Under the pieces are notes generated by a model that saw only the letters and a list, made by a program, of their open reading frames with translations, made no database searches and had not been told where the DNA came from. This document shows, in pieces, positions 26,776-35,392 of a stretch of DNA of 64,000 bases (within the stretch, counting starts at the first letter, position 1; each line of letters opens with the position of its first letter). Both the position numbers and the translations under genes were made by a program. The DNA lies in the IMG/VR virus record IMGVR_UViG_3300021185_002094, one strand, 5' to 3'. This stretch comes from an uncultured virus (IMG/VR IMGVR_UViG_3300021185_002094) (taxonomy: Duplodnaviria > Heunggongvirae > Uroviricota > Caudoviricetes).

Positions 26776-27222
26776 CTACATACCAGAAGTAAATTTATGC
26801 CAATCTATGGCATTTCTAATAGATTGATGACGCCACTTAATATTTTCCATTATCTCTTTAAGTGTGTCTACAACTTCTTGTTGATAGTGCTGTTTTGCCT
26901 GATGTGATTGAATGAGAGGATCTGAATCATACCATTTATCCATATCTCCCTTTAGTACTGTAAGACCATTAAGAGGGTCGTATTCCCAACCTTTATCATC
27001 CATTTCTTCTTGTGTTAATTTACCATTATAGTGCATAAACTTCTCTTTAAGTAACACCTTAAAGTCTAGGTCTAATTTCTTTAGTTTAAGTTTATTTACC
27101 GTATACAGTTCTAAGTATTTTGAATGTAGTTTGGCTGACTCACGTGATGCATCACCTAAGTTCATTTCATCAATTGTAGAATCTTTTTTCCACATTTCAA
27201 TTATTTGTTCTAAGTTATTCAT
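26776..27222 (-). CDS. uvsY: Recombination mediator UvsY
   Basis: WKKDS.ID, LHSKYL, IRNAIDW.KF. Confidence 0.92.
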   Translation of the reverse strand: MNNLEQIIEMWKKDSTIDEMNLGDASRESAKLHSKYLELYTVNKLKLKKLDLDFKVLLKEKFMHYNGKLTQEEMDDKGWEYDPLNGLTVLKGDMDKWYDSDPLIQSHQAKQHYQQEVVDTLKEIMENIKWRHQSIRNAIDWHKFTSGM

Positions 27223-27249
27223 AATAATATTTCCAATATAGTTTTATTT

Positions 27250-27278
27250 ATTATACTACAAAAAGTATAAAAAGTAAA
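27250..27278 (-). promoter_or_regulatory. Early sigma70-type promoter for uvsY-uvsW
   Basis: TTTACT-N17-TATAAT. Confidence 0.8.
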
Positions 27279-27281
27279 CCA

Positions 27282-27740
27282 TTATTTAAATTCAAATGTT
27301 GAGTAAGCAAATGTAACTGTTGCTTGTAAATACTCTACTTCTCCACCCTGAGTATCAAATGCAAGTTCTGACATTGCAATAGGGAATACATCACTAAAGT
27401 GAATCTTCTTTACAGGATTGCTATGAGAGTTAAGAATAATTAATTCTGCATCTTCTGATTGATCTGTTCCACTATCTACTAAACGATGCATCCAGTTAAA
27501 CATTTCAAGATAATTATCCATATCTTCTGTTACGTTGAAAGTAATAGATAGATCACCAAAGTTAATTCTATCTCCAGTAAATGCCACGTTTGCTCCTCTA
27601 TAAGGTAAAGGGCTTTCTGCAATAGATAAATCTGGTAAAGAGACTGCAGTGCAAAAATACTCGGAATTAGAAAACTTGTTCCTATCTATACTAAATTGAA
27701 ATCCAATTGGATTAAGAAAGTTTTTATTTGTAGTTACCAT
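27282..27740 (-). CDS. 3: Tail completion / tube terminator gp3
   Basis: NFLNP.GF, LP, F.V.EDM.NY, FP..., ATVTF.Y; located after gp23. Confidence 0.85.
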   Translation of the reverse strand: MVTTNKNFLNPIGFQFSIDRNKFSNSEYFCTAVSLPDLSIAESPLPYRGANVAFTGDRINFGDLSITFNVTEDMDNYLEMFNWMHRLVDSGTDQSEDAELIILNSHSNPVKKIHFSDVFPIAMSELAFDTQGGEVEYLQATVTFAYSTFEFK

Positions 27741-27745
27741 ATATG

Positions 27746-27780
27746 TATTTATACCTTTTATTTACTTACTATTATTTATA
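27746..27780 (-). promoter_or_regulatory. Two late promoters for gp3
   Basis: TATAAATA at 27746-27753 and 27773-27780. Confidence 0.75.
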
Positions 27781-27783
27781 AAC

Positions 27784-27813
27784 AAAAAAAGAGAGCCCCT
27801 AAGGACTCTCTTT
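27784..27813 (-). terminator. Intrinsic terminator after gp23
   Basis: AAAGAGAGTCC-TTAG-GGGCTCTCTTT followed by a T run. Confidence 0.88.
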
Positions 27814-27834
27814 AAAATATCTCTTAATCTGAGA

Positions 27835-29187
27835 TTAGTCGACCATAATGTCGTCTACTCTGAAGATTCTGAAATATGGGTTTTCTCTGACATTACCGAT
27901 ACCGTCAGCAGCAACGAATGGGTTAGCTACCATGCCATATCTAGTTTTGAAACCGATTCTTGGCTGGAAGTCATTTTCCCCAACTGCTTTAACCATTGTT
28001 AATGGTACGTATGGGCAGTAGAAAATACCTGCGTCATAAGGATTAGTACCTCTATAACCAACTAAAGCAAAGTCTTCTGTTGCATATGGATCGATATATA
28101 CTTTTAGTCTTCCGTTAAGAACACCAGCGAAAGTATTACCAGTATCATCAACATTCAATGAAGTTGACAATGCAGGAGTATAGTCCATTACACCAGCAGC
28201 TGCAAGAGCAGAAGCTACGTCTGAAGAACAGATTACATAGTTACCTTTTCCTCTTCTTGTTTCTTTTGCAATTACGTTTGCTTCTCTTTCTAGTTGCATG
28301 ATAAGTCCTTTGAACTTCTCTACCATCCAACGTCCGTCTGAGTCTGTACCCACATCAAACGCACCTTTTAGTGCAACTGATGTTTGTTGAGCACCTAACT
28401 TAGCTCTTGACATAACTGTTCTAACCATCTCTCTGTTGATCTCTGCAAGGATTTCAGTAGAAAGAATATTAGCTAGTTCAGCTTCTGCATCTAGACCATG
28501 AATTGCTTTAAGGTCTTGAGCAAGTTCCATTGTGTACTCAGCTTTAAGAGCTCTTGACTTAGCAGTAACTGTTGATTTTTCGATTGAGAAAGCCATCTCA
28601 CCGAAAGTACCATCACCACTTTCGCCAACGCCTAATCTTTCTGCGTCTGCAGTAGCAATACCATTACCAAAAGTAACAGTTGTATCAGCTAGGTTATCAC
28701 CTAGGATACCATCATTACCTGAACCATCTGTTTCTCCTTCGAGACCAGTTGGGCCAGCAGCGTGAGTACCAGTTCCTGAGAAATCTGTATCAGCTTCATT
28801 AAAGAAAGCTTCTGAGCCTCCTTGTGTGCCGTACTTAGATTTCATTGCAAAGATAAGACCAGTTGGTCCAGTCATTGGTTGTACACCAGCAATATCATAA
28901 GCGATAAGATTTGGCATTGCTCTTCTTACTAGAGAGATCAATACTGGATCAAATCCTTTGATGTTACCAGCTGTGGCGCCCATACCGGCACCTACGTTAT
29001 TAGCAGCGGCTGCTTCTGAAATGAAGTTTCCACCTGCTTGAGCTGCTTCTTCTTGAATAGCAACTTCTTGGTTTTCTAACAATCTAGCTGTAACAGCTTT
29101 CTTGTATTTATCCTGAATACCTGGAGCACTTTCGTGATCTAGTACAGGACCCCATTTTTCCATGAGTTGTGAGTCTGCATTAAACAT
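27835..29187 (-). CDS. 23: Major capsid protein gp23
   Basis: LVRRAMPNLIAYDIAGVQPMTGPTGLIFAM, SRALKAEY, YCPYVPL, GFKTRYG. Confidence 0.98.
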   Translation of the reverse strand: MFNADSQLMEKWGPVLDHESAPGIQDKYKKAVTARLLENQEVAIQEEAAQAGGNFISEAAAANNVGAGMGATAGNIKGFDPVLISLVRRAMPNLIAYDIAGVQPMTGPTGLIFAMKSKYGTQGGSEAFFNEADTDFSGTGTHAAGPTGLEGETDGSGNDGILGDNLADTTVTFGNGIATADAERLGVGESGDGTFGEMAFSIEKSTVTAKSRALKAEYTMELAQDLKAIHGLDAEAELANILSTEILAEINREMVRTVMSRAKLGAQQTSVALKGAFDVGTDSDGRWMVEKFKGLIMQLEREANVIAKETRRGKGNYVICSSDVASALAAAGVMDYTPALSTSLNVDDTGNTFAGVLNGRLKVYIDPYATEDFALVGYRGTNPYDAGIFYCPYVPLTMVKAVGENDFQPRIGFKTRYGMVANPFVAADGIGNVRENPYFRIFRVDDIMVD

Positions 29188-29210
29188 GTTTAGTTTCCCC
29201 TATATAATGT

Positions 29211-30356
29211 TTATTGATAATTTTTACTAATAGCTTGTGTGTATCTTGCCATAGAATCAGAAACTTCTGCAGCTGGCGCTGTGTCATTTCCAATAAGACC
29301 GTCTACTTCATCGGCTGATTGACTTACTTCTTTTGCAAAGTATGATTCTTTAACAGTTTTAACTTTCATTTCAAAAGTTTCTTTGTTATCAAAATCAATA
29401 TCTTCAACTAAAGATGCTAACTTCTCAGCTTCTGTTTCAGCTAAACCTAAAGAATTTTCTCTGATTACATTTGCTCTTTCAAGTTCTTGAACGGACTCAT
29501 GTAGTCTGATATTATCTTCTGTTGATTTATTAAGGTTCCCTTCTAGTTCAGCTACTTGCTCTGATAAATCATCAACAAGGTCTACTTTACCTTCTGGAAC
29601 ATCAATGTAATGCTCTACGAACACTTTTTGAAGTGAAGCCATGAACTCTTCAGCAATTTCGGTTCTAAGACCGTTAGTTACTGAAACTTCATTTTCTTTC
29701 ATCCAATTTTCAACAACGTATGAAAGGTATGAATCTACCTTCTCTACTAGTTGAGATTGAACTTGAGAAACTTCTTCTTCAAGATTTTGCACATACTCGG
29801 CTTCAAGTCTTTCAACTTCTTGAGTAAGTTTAGATGTAAGTACTGCTTCGAAAATAGCTCCTGCTTTTCCTCTGAAGTTTTCAGAAAGAGTAGCCTCTTC
29901 TTGTACTAATGCATCTAAGTCTTCATCAAAGTCTACTGACTCTACCTTAGCTTTTACTGCTGGTGCAGGAGACTTCTTCGCCTGTTTCTTAATCGCTTGA
30001 TCTACTGATGCAATTGATTCTTCTTCAGATGTTTCATCTACCTTTGCCATTTTTGCGTAAAGTTTCTGTGCGTCTTCTTTACGTGCTTTCTTCAACATTT
30101 CTACTGCAGCTTGGATAACTCCTGCTTTAGTCTTAGGAACAGTTACAACAGGTGCGTCTTCTTTAACGTCCTTATCTTCATCATGCTCCTCTTCCTCTTC
30201 CTCTTCATCAGATTCAGTTTTAGCAGTTTTACCCTCTTCAAGATCAGTTTCCTCGTCTAAATTCTCATTTTCAACAAGCTCTTCTTCTTGAGTAAGCTCT
30301 TCACTAGCAATGTCTTCAACCAAAGCGTCTTCTACTTTTTCATTGTCGATTGACAT
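29211..30356 (-). CDS. 22: Prohead core scaffold gp22
   Basis: Acidic coiled coil, IFEA, VDSYL.YVVE.W; between gp21 and gp23. Confidence 0.92.
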   Translation of the reverse strand: MSIDNEKVEDALVEDIASEELTQEEELVENENLDEETDLEEGKTAKTESDEEEEEEEHDEDKDVKEDAPVVTVPKTKAGVIQAAVEMLKKARKEDAQKLYAKMAKVDETSEEESIASVDQAIKKQAKKSPAPAVKAKVESVDFDEDLDALVQEEATLSENFRGKAGAIFEAVLTSKLTQEVERLEAEYVQNLEEEVSQVQSQLVEKVDSYLSYVVENWMKENEVSVTNGLRTEIAEEFMASLQKVFVEHYIDVPEGKVDLVDDLSEQVAELEGNLNKSTEDNIRLHESVQELERANVIRENSLGLAETEAEKLASLVEDIDFDNKETFEMKVKTVKESYFAKEVSQSADEVDGLIGNDTAPAAEVSDSMARYTQAISKNYQ

Positions 30357-30368
30357 AATGCTCTTCTC

Positions 30369-31025
30369 CTATATTTTAGAGTTTAGTTTAGAGAGGAAAT
30401 TTTTGAATGCTCTGATCTCAACGTCTGAGTTGAATCGTTTAGCTTCTTTTATTTCAGTCTCAATTTCTTCAATTTCTTGTGCAACAAGGACACCATTATT
30501 CCATACCCAATCTACACCTTCCATAATGCCATCTACGAAAGCACCTGGGGCTGACGGGTCTTGAACAATGTCAACGGTCGCTAACATAAAATCCTTACCG
30601 ACATGTTGTGCGCCATTCTTGTTTACAAGAGTTCCCATACCACGACTTGAAACACCAAGCTTAACACCACCTTCTAATAATCCTTCAACTATTTTTCCCA
30701 TAGGGGTACTAAGTATTGATGCTTTTCCAACAACATCATCACCATTCCATTTAAGTTCGGTGATTTTGTGTGAAACTTTATCAAGATTGATAGTCGGTCC
30801 ATCTGGGTGATTTAATTCACCAACCGCTCTACCAGTCTTTACTTGTTCTTTTACATACTTATTAACAGCCGACTCTAATACGGTCTTGTCATAAGTTCTT
30901 TTGTTTCTATTCTCTCTATTGGCCTGCATGAAAACACCTTCAATAACGTATCCTTTCGAACCGTCTTTTCTTGCTTCCTGTATGACCTCAAGGTCAGTTT
31001 CTAAATATTCTGCAATAAGCTTCAT
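30369..31025 (-). CDS. 21: Prohead protease gp21
   Basis: NRNKR.Y, GELNHP, GVSSRGMG, DIVQDPSAP. Confidence 0.96.
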   Translation of the reverse strand: MKLIAEYLETDLEVIQEARKDGSKGYVIEGVFMQANRENRNKRTYDKTVLESAVNKYVKEQVKTGRAVGELNHPDGPTINLDKVSHKITELKWNGDDVVGKASILSTPMGKIVEGLLEGGVKLGVSSRGMGTLVNKNGAQHVGKDFMLATVDIVQDPSAPGAFVDGIMEGVDWVWNNGVLVAQEIEEIETEIKEAKRFNSDVEIRAFKNFLSKLNSKI

Positions 31026-31258
31026 TCTGACTCTTCTCCCATCAACTTAATGAAATCATTAGCTGATTTTTCTGCTTCTTTTGCATTCTTAAAGTTGTCA
31101 TCAAGTTTTTCTCCGTCTACATAAACGGCAAACTTTCTTCCTTTTTGAGTAATTTGTATATCGGTTTTCTTTCGTTTACCACCTTTATACTTCTTTACTT
31201 CTTTTTCACCAGAACCAATTTTGGCTACTTTTTCTCTAAGTTCTACAAAAGATAACAT
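31022..31258 (-). CDS. Small prohead-region protein (gp68 position)
   Basis: 78 aa, coupled to gp21. Confidence 0.65.
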   Translation of the reverse strand: MLSFVELREKVAKIGSGEKEVKKYKGGKRKKTDIQITQKGRKFAVYVDGEKLDDNFKNAKEAEKSANDFIKLMGEESE

Positions 31259-31260
31259 TG

Positions 31261-31431
31261 TTATTCTGTTTCCTGTACTTCTGCCTGTCTGTCTTGCATA
31301 GAAGATGCTACTTCGATCTTCTTAGCATCAAGGGCTGCTGTCATTTTATCTGCCATAATACTATTAAACGCATTATTAGCAGAAACATTGTCTGAATCTT
31401 TCAGACTATTAATTAAGTTTTCAATACTCAT
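31261..31431 (-). CDS. gp67-like prohead core protein (56 aa)
   Basis: Not in track: MSIENLINSLKDSDNVSANNAFNSIMADKMTAALDAKKIEVASSMQDRQAEVQETE; AAGGA SD. Confidence 0.75.
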   Translation of the reverse strand: MSIENLINSLKDSDNVSANNAFNSIMADKMTAALDAKKIEVASSMQDRQAEVQETE

Positions 31432-31454
31432 AATTTATATTTTCCTTGTTTATA

Positions 31455-31462
31455 TATTTATA
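31455..31462 (-). promoter_or_regulatory. Late promoter for prohead genes
   Basis: Intergenic TATAAATA. Confidence 0.8.
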
Positions 31463-31481
31463 AAAAAATGTATTTCAAGAC

Positions 31482-32972
31482 TTAAAAATCATCTTCATCT
31501 GACTTGTGCATACCTGCTGCAACTTCAGCTTTAATCTGATCTTCCATCTCTTTCTTCGCTTCATCGTCCAGTTTTAGAATATTTTTAGCAGCCCACTCGT
31601 GTGAGATATACTTACCAATATAATCTTCTACTGAACTTAACATATCAAATCTTTCTTTCCATATCTCAGCTTCTTTTAACTCTGAGAAATAGTTATCTTC
31701 GATATAATTAAACTGTATTTGTTCTTTCCATTCGTCCCAATCTTGTTTAGTAATAACACCTTTTAATAACAATTGGGTCTTTAATGTTTGTCTAAATAGA
31801 TCACTAAATCTTTTTCTAAGTCTATCAATAAACTTCTTAAACTTAACTTCATCCCTAGAAATTTCAGTACTTCTACCTAAAGTAAAGTTAGCTTCTTGTT
31901 CTAATCTATTTACTGGTACATTCAATGATTTATATAGTTTCTTTTGGAAGTATAAGATATCATCTATCTGACCAAGATTTTCTCCACCAGGCAATGTAGT
32001 GATCTCTGTTCCTCGGCCACCTTCTCTTCTTGGTAAGAAGAAATCTTCCAACATTGACATATGCTTCTTATCATCTTTAATATTACCAGTCTTAGCATCA
32101 TAAACCATTTTATTTCTATATTGGCCCATGATATTTTTAAGATACTCTTCTGCTTTACCTTTAGGTAAGTTACCAACATCAATATAGAAAATTCTTCTTT
32201 CTGGCGCTCTACTTATTCTATAGATTACCAGCGAGTCTTCCATCATTCTTAGTTGGTTAACAGGCTTAATTGCTTTCTGTAAGTAACTTAATATTCTTCT
32301 TCTACTTGCATCCAATACACCTGATGTGCAATAGATAATTGAATCTGGGTGAATTTTAATGCCTTGATTAGATTTGCCCATTGCTGTATCTTGGAATAAG
32401 AAGTACTCTTGTTGCTTCTTAATAATATTCGCACCAGTCTTAGGGTCTTTTTCTTCTTCGATCTCTTTTACTTTTCTTAATTTAGTAGGATCGATATATC
32501 GTAATTCTTTGATACCATTCTTTGGATTCTTATCATCAATAATAACGTGATAAGGTAATCTACCATCTACATACCATCTACGGAAGATATCGTGTCCGTA
32601 ACTATTAAAATTATACATAGAAAGAATATTTGAAAACTCTTCTTGCATAGTTTCTTTTATCTTATCTGAAGTCTTTACTTCATCAAGTACCAATCTAATT
32701 GGAGTATCTGTATGATCTCCAACAATCGCCTCATTCATTATATCTTCAATTGCTGCATCACATTCTGGTTGTGTAGAGACATCGCGATATTTAAATATAA
32801 GCTCTATCTCATTTTTTGCCTTGTCACCATCTAGGTCAAGATATGCGCCAAAATGGCCTCCTGCCTGAATAACACCAGCACCGTCCTCATCTGTGTTTGG
32901 TACAAATGATGGGCGTACAGGCTCCTGTGCCTGTTTTTTTCTATTTATTTCGAAACCGAAAAATTCTGCCAT
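31482..32972 (-). CDS. 20: Portal protein gp20
   Basis: WYVDGR, YRISRAPERRIFYIDVGNLP, EDFFLPRREG. Confidence 0.98.
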   Translation of the reverse strand: MAEFFGFEINRKKQAQEPVRPSFVPNTDEDGAGVIQAGGHFGAYLDLDGDKAKNEIELIFKYRDVSTQPECDAAIEDIMNEAIVGDHTDTPIRLVLDEVKTSDKIKETMQEEFSNILSMYNFNSYGHDIFRRWYVDGRLPYHVIIDDKNPKNGIKELRYIDPTKLRKVKEIEEEKDPKTGANIIKKQQEYFLFQDTAMGKSNQGIKIHPDSIIYCTSGVLDASRRRILSYLQKAIKPVNQLRMMEDSLVIYRISRAPERRIFYIDVGNLPKGKAEEYLKNIMGQYRNKMVYDAKTGNIKDDKKHMSMLEDFFLPRREGGRGTEITTLPGGENLGQIDDILYFQKKLYKSLNVPVNRLEQEANFTLGRSTEISRDEVKFKKFIDRLRKRFSDLFRQTLKTQLLLKGVITKQDWDEWKEQIQFNYIEDNYFSELKEAEIWKERFDMLSSVEDYIGKYISHEWAAKNILKLDDEAKKEMEDQIKAEVAAGMHKSDEDDF

Positions 32973-32995
32973 AATTTATCCTTTATAATAATATT

Positions 32996-33027
32996 AAAAG
33001 GGAGGAGAGGTTAATTTCCCCTCCCTC
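32996..33027 (-). terminator. Hairpin/terminator between gp19 and gp20
   Basis: AGGGAGGGGA-N8-TCTCCTCCCT followed by TTT. Confidence 0.65.
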
Positions 33028-33033
33028 TAATAC

Positions 33034-33041
33034 TATTTATA
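33034..33041 (-). promoter_or_regulatory. Late promoter upstream of gp20
   Basis: Intergenic TATAAATA. Confidence 0.75.
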
Positions 33042-33047
33042 CTAGTT

Positions 33048-33575
33048 TTAGCTAGTAGTATTTGACTCCCAGTAATTAACCTGAAGTTCAACTGTGAACT
33101 CCTCGATCGCATTCTCATTTTCATAAGAAAGGTCGATTGCACTAATGTTACTTGGGAAGGTTCCCCTAAAGTCATATCTCTTAACGGCTTTACCTTCTTT
33201 GTCGAGTTGTTCGACAATCATGTCAGCCATATAATCATTAGGGTTAGCTATACCAACGTTTGCTTCGTGCTCGTTAATACCATTAGACCATCTTTCAAAT
33301 GCATCTCTAATCTTGAAATCTGTATCATTGATAACAGTAATGTTCCAAGGTTCGAATGTTCTGTCGCCAGCCATAATCAACTTTCTTCCTCTAAATGGAA
33401 TTTCCACTGGGGATAAAATTGAAGCAGGTAGCTGAGCAGCTTTACATAAGAAAGAAGTAAGTTCGACATCACCTTCAGCGTATCCAGGGAAGTTAACTGT
33501 TGCTTTGAACATATTAGCCCTAGCTCCACCACCGGTTAGTCTTGATTTAAAATCATCAATTCCTAAAATTGCCAT
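33048..33575 (-). CDS. 19: Tail tube protein gp19
   Basis: GGARANMF, FRGR, GDRTFEPW, IEEFTV. Confidence 0.96.
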   Translation of the reverse strand: MAILGIDDFKSRLTGGGARANMFKATVNFPGYAEGDVELTSFLCKAAQLPASILSPVEIPFRGRKLIMAGDRTFEPWNITVINDTDFKIRDAFERWSNGINEHEANVGIANPNDYMADMIVEQLDKEGKAVKRYDFRGTFPSNISAIDLSYENENAIEEFTVELQVNYWESNTTS

Positions 33576-33587
33576 GTCTTTCTCCTA

Positions 33588-35312
33588 TTATTGTCCAGCT
33601 ATCTCGGAGAATTCAACTCCGGATCTGGTTGCTACAAAGTTCAATGTAATAAAGTTGATAGACCTAGTTGGCTTGACATAGATGTCAGCGACAAACTTAT
33701 TACCATCAACAACTGCTGGGGTATTATTTGATTCATCACATACTACTGAGAAGTCTGTAACTCCTCTTCGGCCTTTTACATCCCTCATAAAGGGTTCTAC
33801 TAAGTTTCTAAACTGTGCTCTTGTAAATTCATCATTGAATTCAAATAGTTGTGCTTTAGCAGCAGTACTAATTGCTTTCTCTAATACAATAAACAATCTT
33901 CTTACGTTGATTCTATCGAATGCTGAGGCTCTAGAAGCTAAAGTTTTATCACCAAATAGTACTGTACCCTGACCAGGTAATGATACTAATGGATTTACTT
34001 TACCTACATAAAGACTGTCTCTCTGAGCTGCAGTTGGGTTATAAGCCAACTTAGTAACTCCAAAGAGTTGTCCTCTATTTACACCAGCCGGTGAGAACCA
34101 TGCATCTGCAACTCTATCAGTGTTAACTGCAAGACCTGCAATAAGACCACATGCTCCGATCCAAACGTATTGATCATGGTATTTATCATAGACATAAATT
34201 GCTCCACCATCTAGTGCTGCATATGAAGAACTAGTTAAACTAGTTTTATATGCTAATACATTGGTTACTGCTGTTGCTGAAGCTTGACCTTTAGTATCTG
34301 CTATTGGAGGTGAGATGAATGTCATACAATCTTTTCTATGCTCACATACTTCAATCAGTTTTTCTCCAACTGTATCTGCACCGTTTGCATCAGGTGTACA
34401 GAAAAGAAGTGATACATCAACTGTATCTACATCTTTAAATAGTTCTAAACCTGCTAACTTTTCGGCTGCTGCTACATTATCACCATCTGATCCATCAGCT
34501 AATGAATCGGCTAGAATTGTAGCTGAAGTTTGATATTGAGCAGCTGGTATTGTAGGAGCTTCAGTGACGGCCGCCAATAGCTTGACTTCTGCTATGGTCT
34601 TGCCAGATCTTGTATGTTCTGCAGCTGAAGCGCCGAACCATATCCACTCTGATTGTCTATTAATTACTTCTTTATAATATAATGAAGATCCATTTACATC
34701 TTTAGCATCTGAGGCCTGTGATAAGAAACCAAAAGTTTCTAATACTTGTCCTTTAGTGCCTGTAATTAAGCCATCTTCGTCATAGACTACTATATGTAAT
34801 TCATCATTAACACTAGCTCCATCTTGACTAATTGCATAGTCTGAAGTGCTAGGTGCTTTTTCAAAGTTACCTTTATAGTCCCAACCAGTAAATGCGGCTG
34901 AACTAGAGCATACTTCAACTTTTAGACTGTTTCCTAGAACGCCTGGGCATCTAGCAAACCAATCGCCAGTTAAAGAACTCTTACTGATATAATCATCTTC
35001 ATTGTCAATACTTACAGCAGTACCACCGGTACTTACTGCGTTTTTTGCCCCTGTGTGGGCAACTCTAATTACTTTCAAGGCGTTTCCATACTTTAAGAAT
35101 GATGCCGCCGTTAGAAAGTGTTCTACGGTATTGAGTTTAGGTGTTGAAAAGATACTTCCTAGTTCATCTTCTGATGATACCAAAGTAATCTGATCGACCG
35201 GCCCCCAATGAAATTGTCCGACAAATCCACCAATAGATGATGAAACTGCTGGGACAACATTTGTGGCGTCAATTTCTTTGAATTGAACACCAGGTGAGAC
35301 TTGAAATGCCAT
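33588..35312 (-). CDS. 18: Tail sheath protein gp18
   Basis: SPGV..KEID, WFSPAG..RG, FDRINVRRLF, FEFND. Confidence 0.97.
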   Translation of the reverse strand: MAFQVSPGVQFKEIDATNVVPAVSSSIGGFVGQFHWGPVDQITLVSSEDELGSIFSTPKLNTVEHFLTAASFLKYGNALKVIRVAHTGAKNAVSTGGTAVSIDNEDDYISKSSLTGDWFARCPGVLGNSLKVEVCSSSAAFTGWDYKGNFEKAPSTSDYAISQDGASVNDELHIVVYDEDGLITGTKGQVLETFGFLSQASDAKDVNGSSLYYKEVINRQSEWIWFGASAAEHTRSGKTIAEVKLLAAVTEAPTIPAAQYQTSATILADSLADGSDGDNVAAAEKLAGLELFKDVDTVDVSLLFCTPDANGADTVGEKLIEVCEHRKDCMTFISPPIADTKGQASATAVTNVLAYKTSLTSSSYAALDGGAIYVYDKYHDQYVWIGACGLIAGLAVNTDRVADAWFSPAGVNRGQLFGVTKLAYNPTAAQRDSLYVGKVNPLVSLPGQGTVLFGDKTLASRASAFDRINVRRLFIVLEKAISTAAKAQLFEFNDEFTRAQFRNLVEPFMRDVKGRRGVTDFSVVCDESNNTPAVVDGNKFVADIYVKPTRSINFITLNFVATRSGVEFSEIAGQ

Positions 35313-35371
35313 CGCTTTATCCTCTCAATTTGAGTTAGTTAATAAGTTCATAATACGAATTTTCACTACTA

Positions 35372-35385
35372 TTATTTATAAATAA
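35372..35385. promoter_or_regulatory. Palindromic, potentially bidirectional late promoter
   Basis: TTATTTATAAATAA has TATAAATA on both strands. Confidence 0.7.
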
Positions 35386-35392
35386 CATTATC

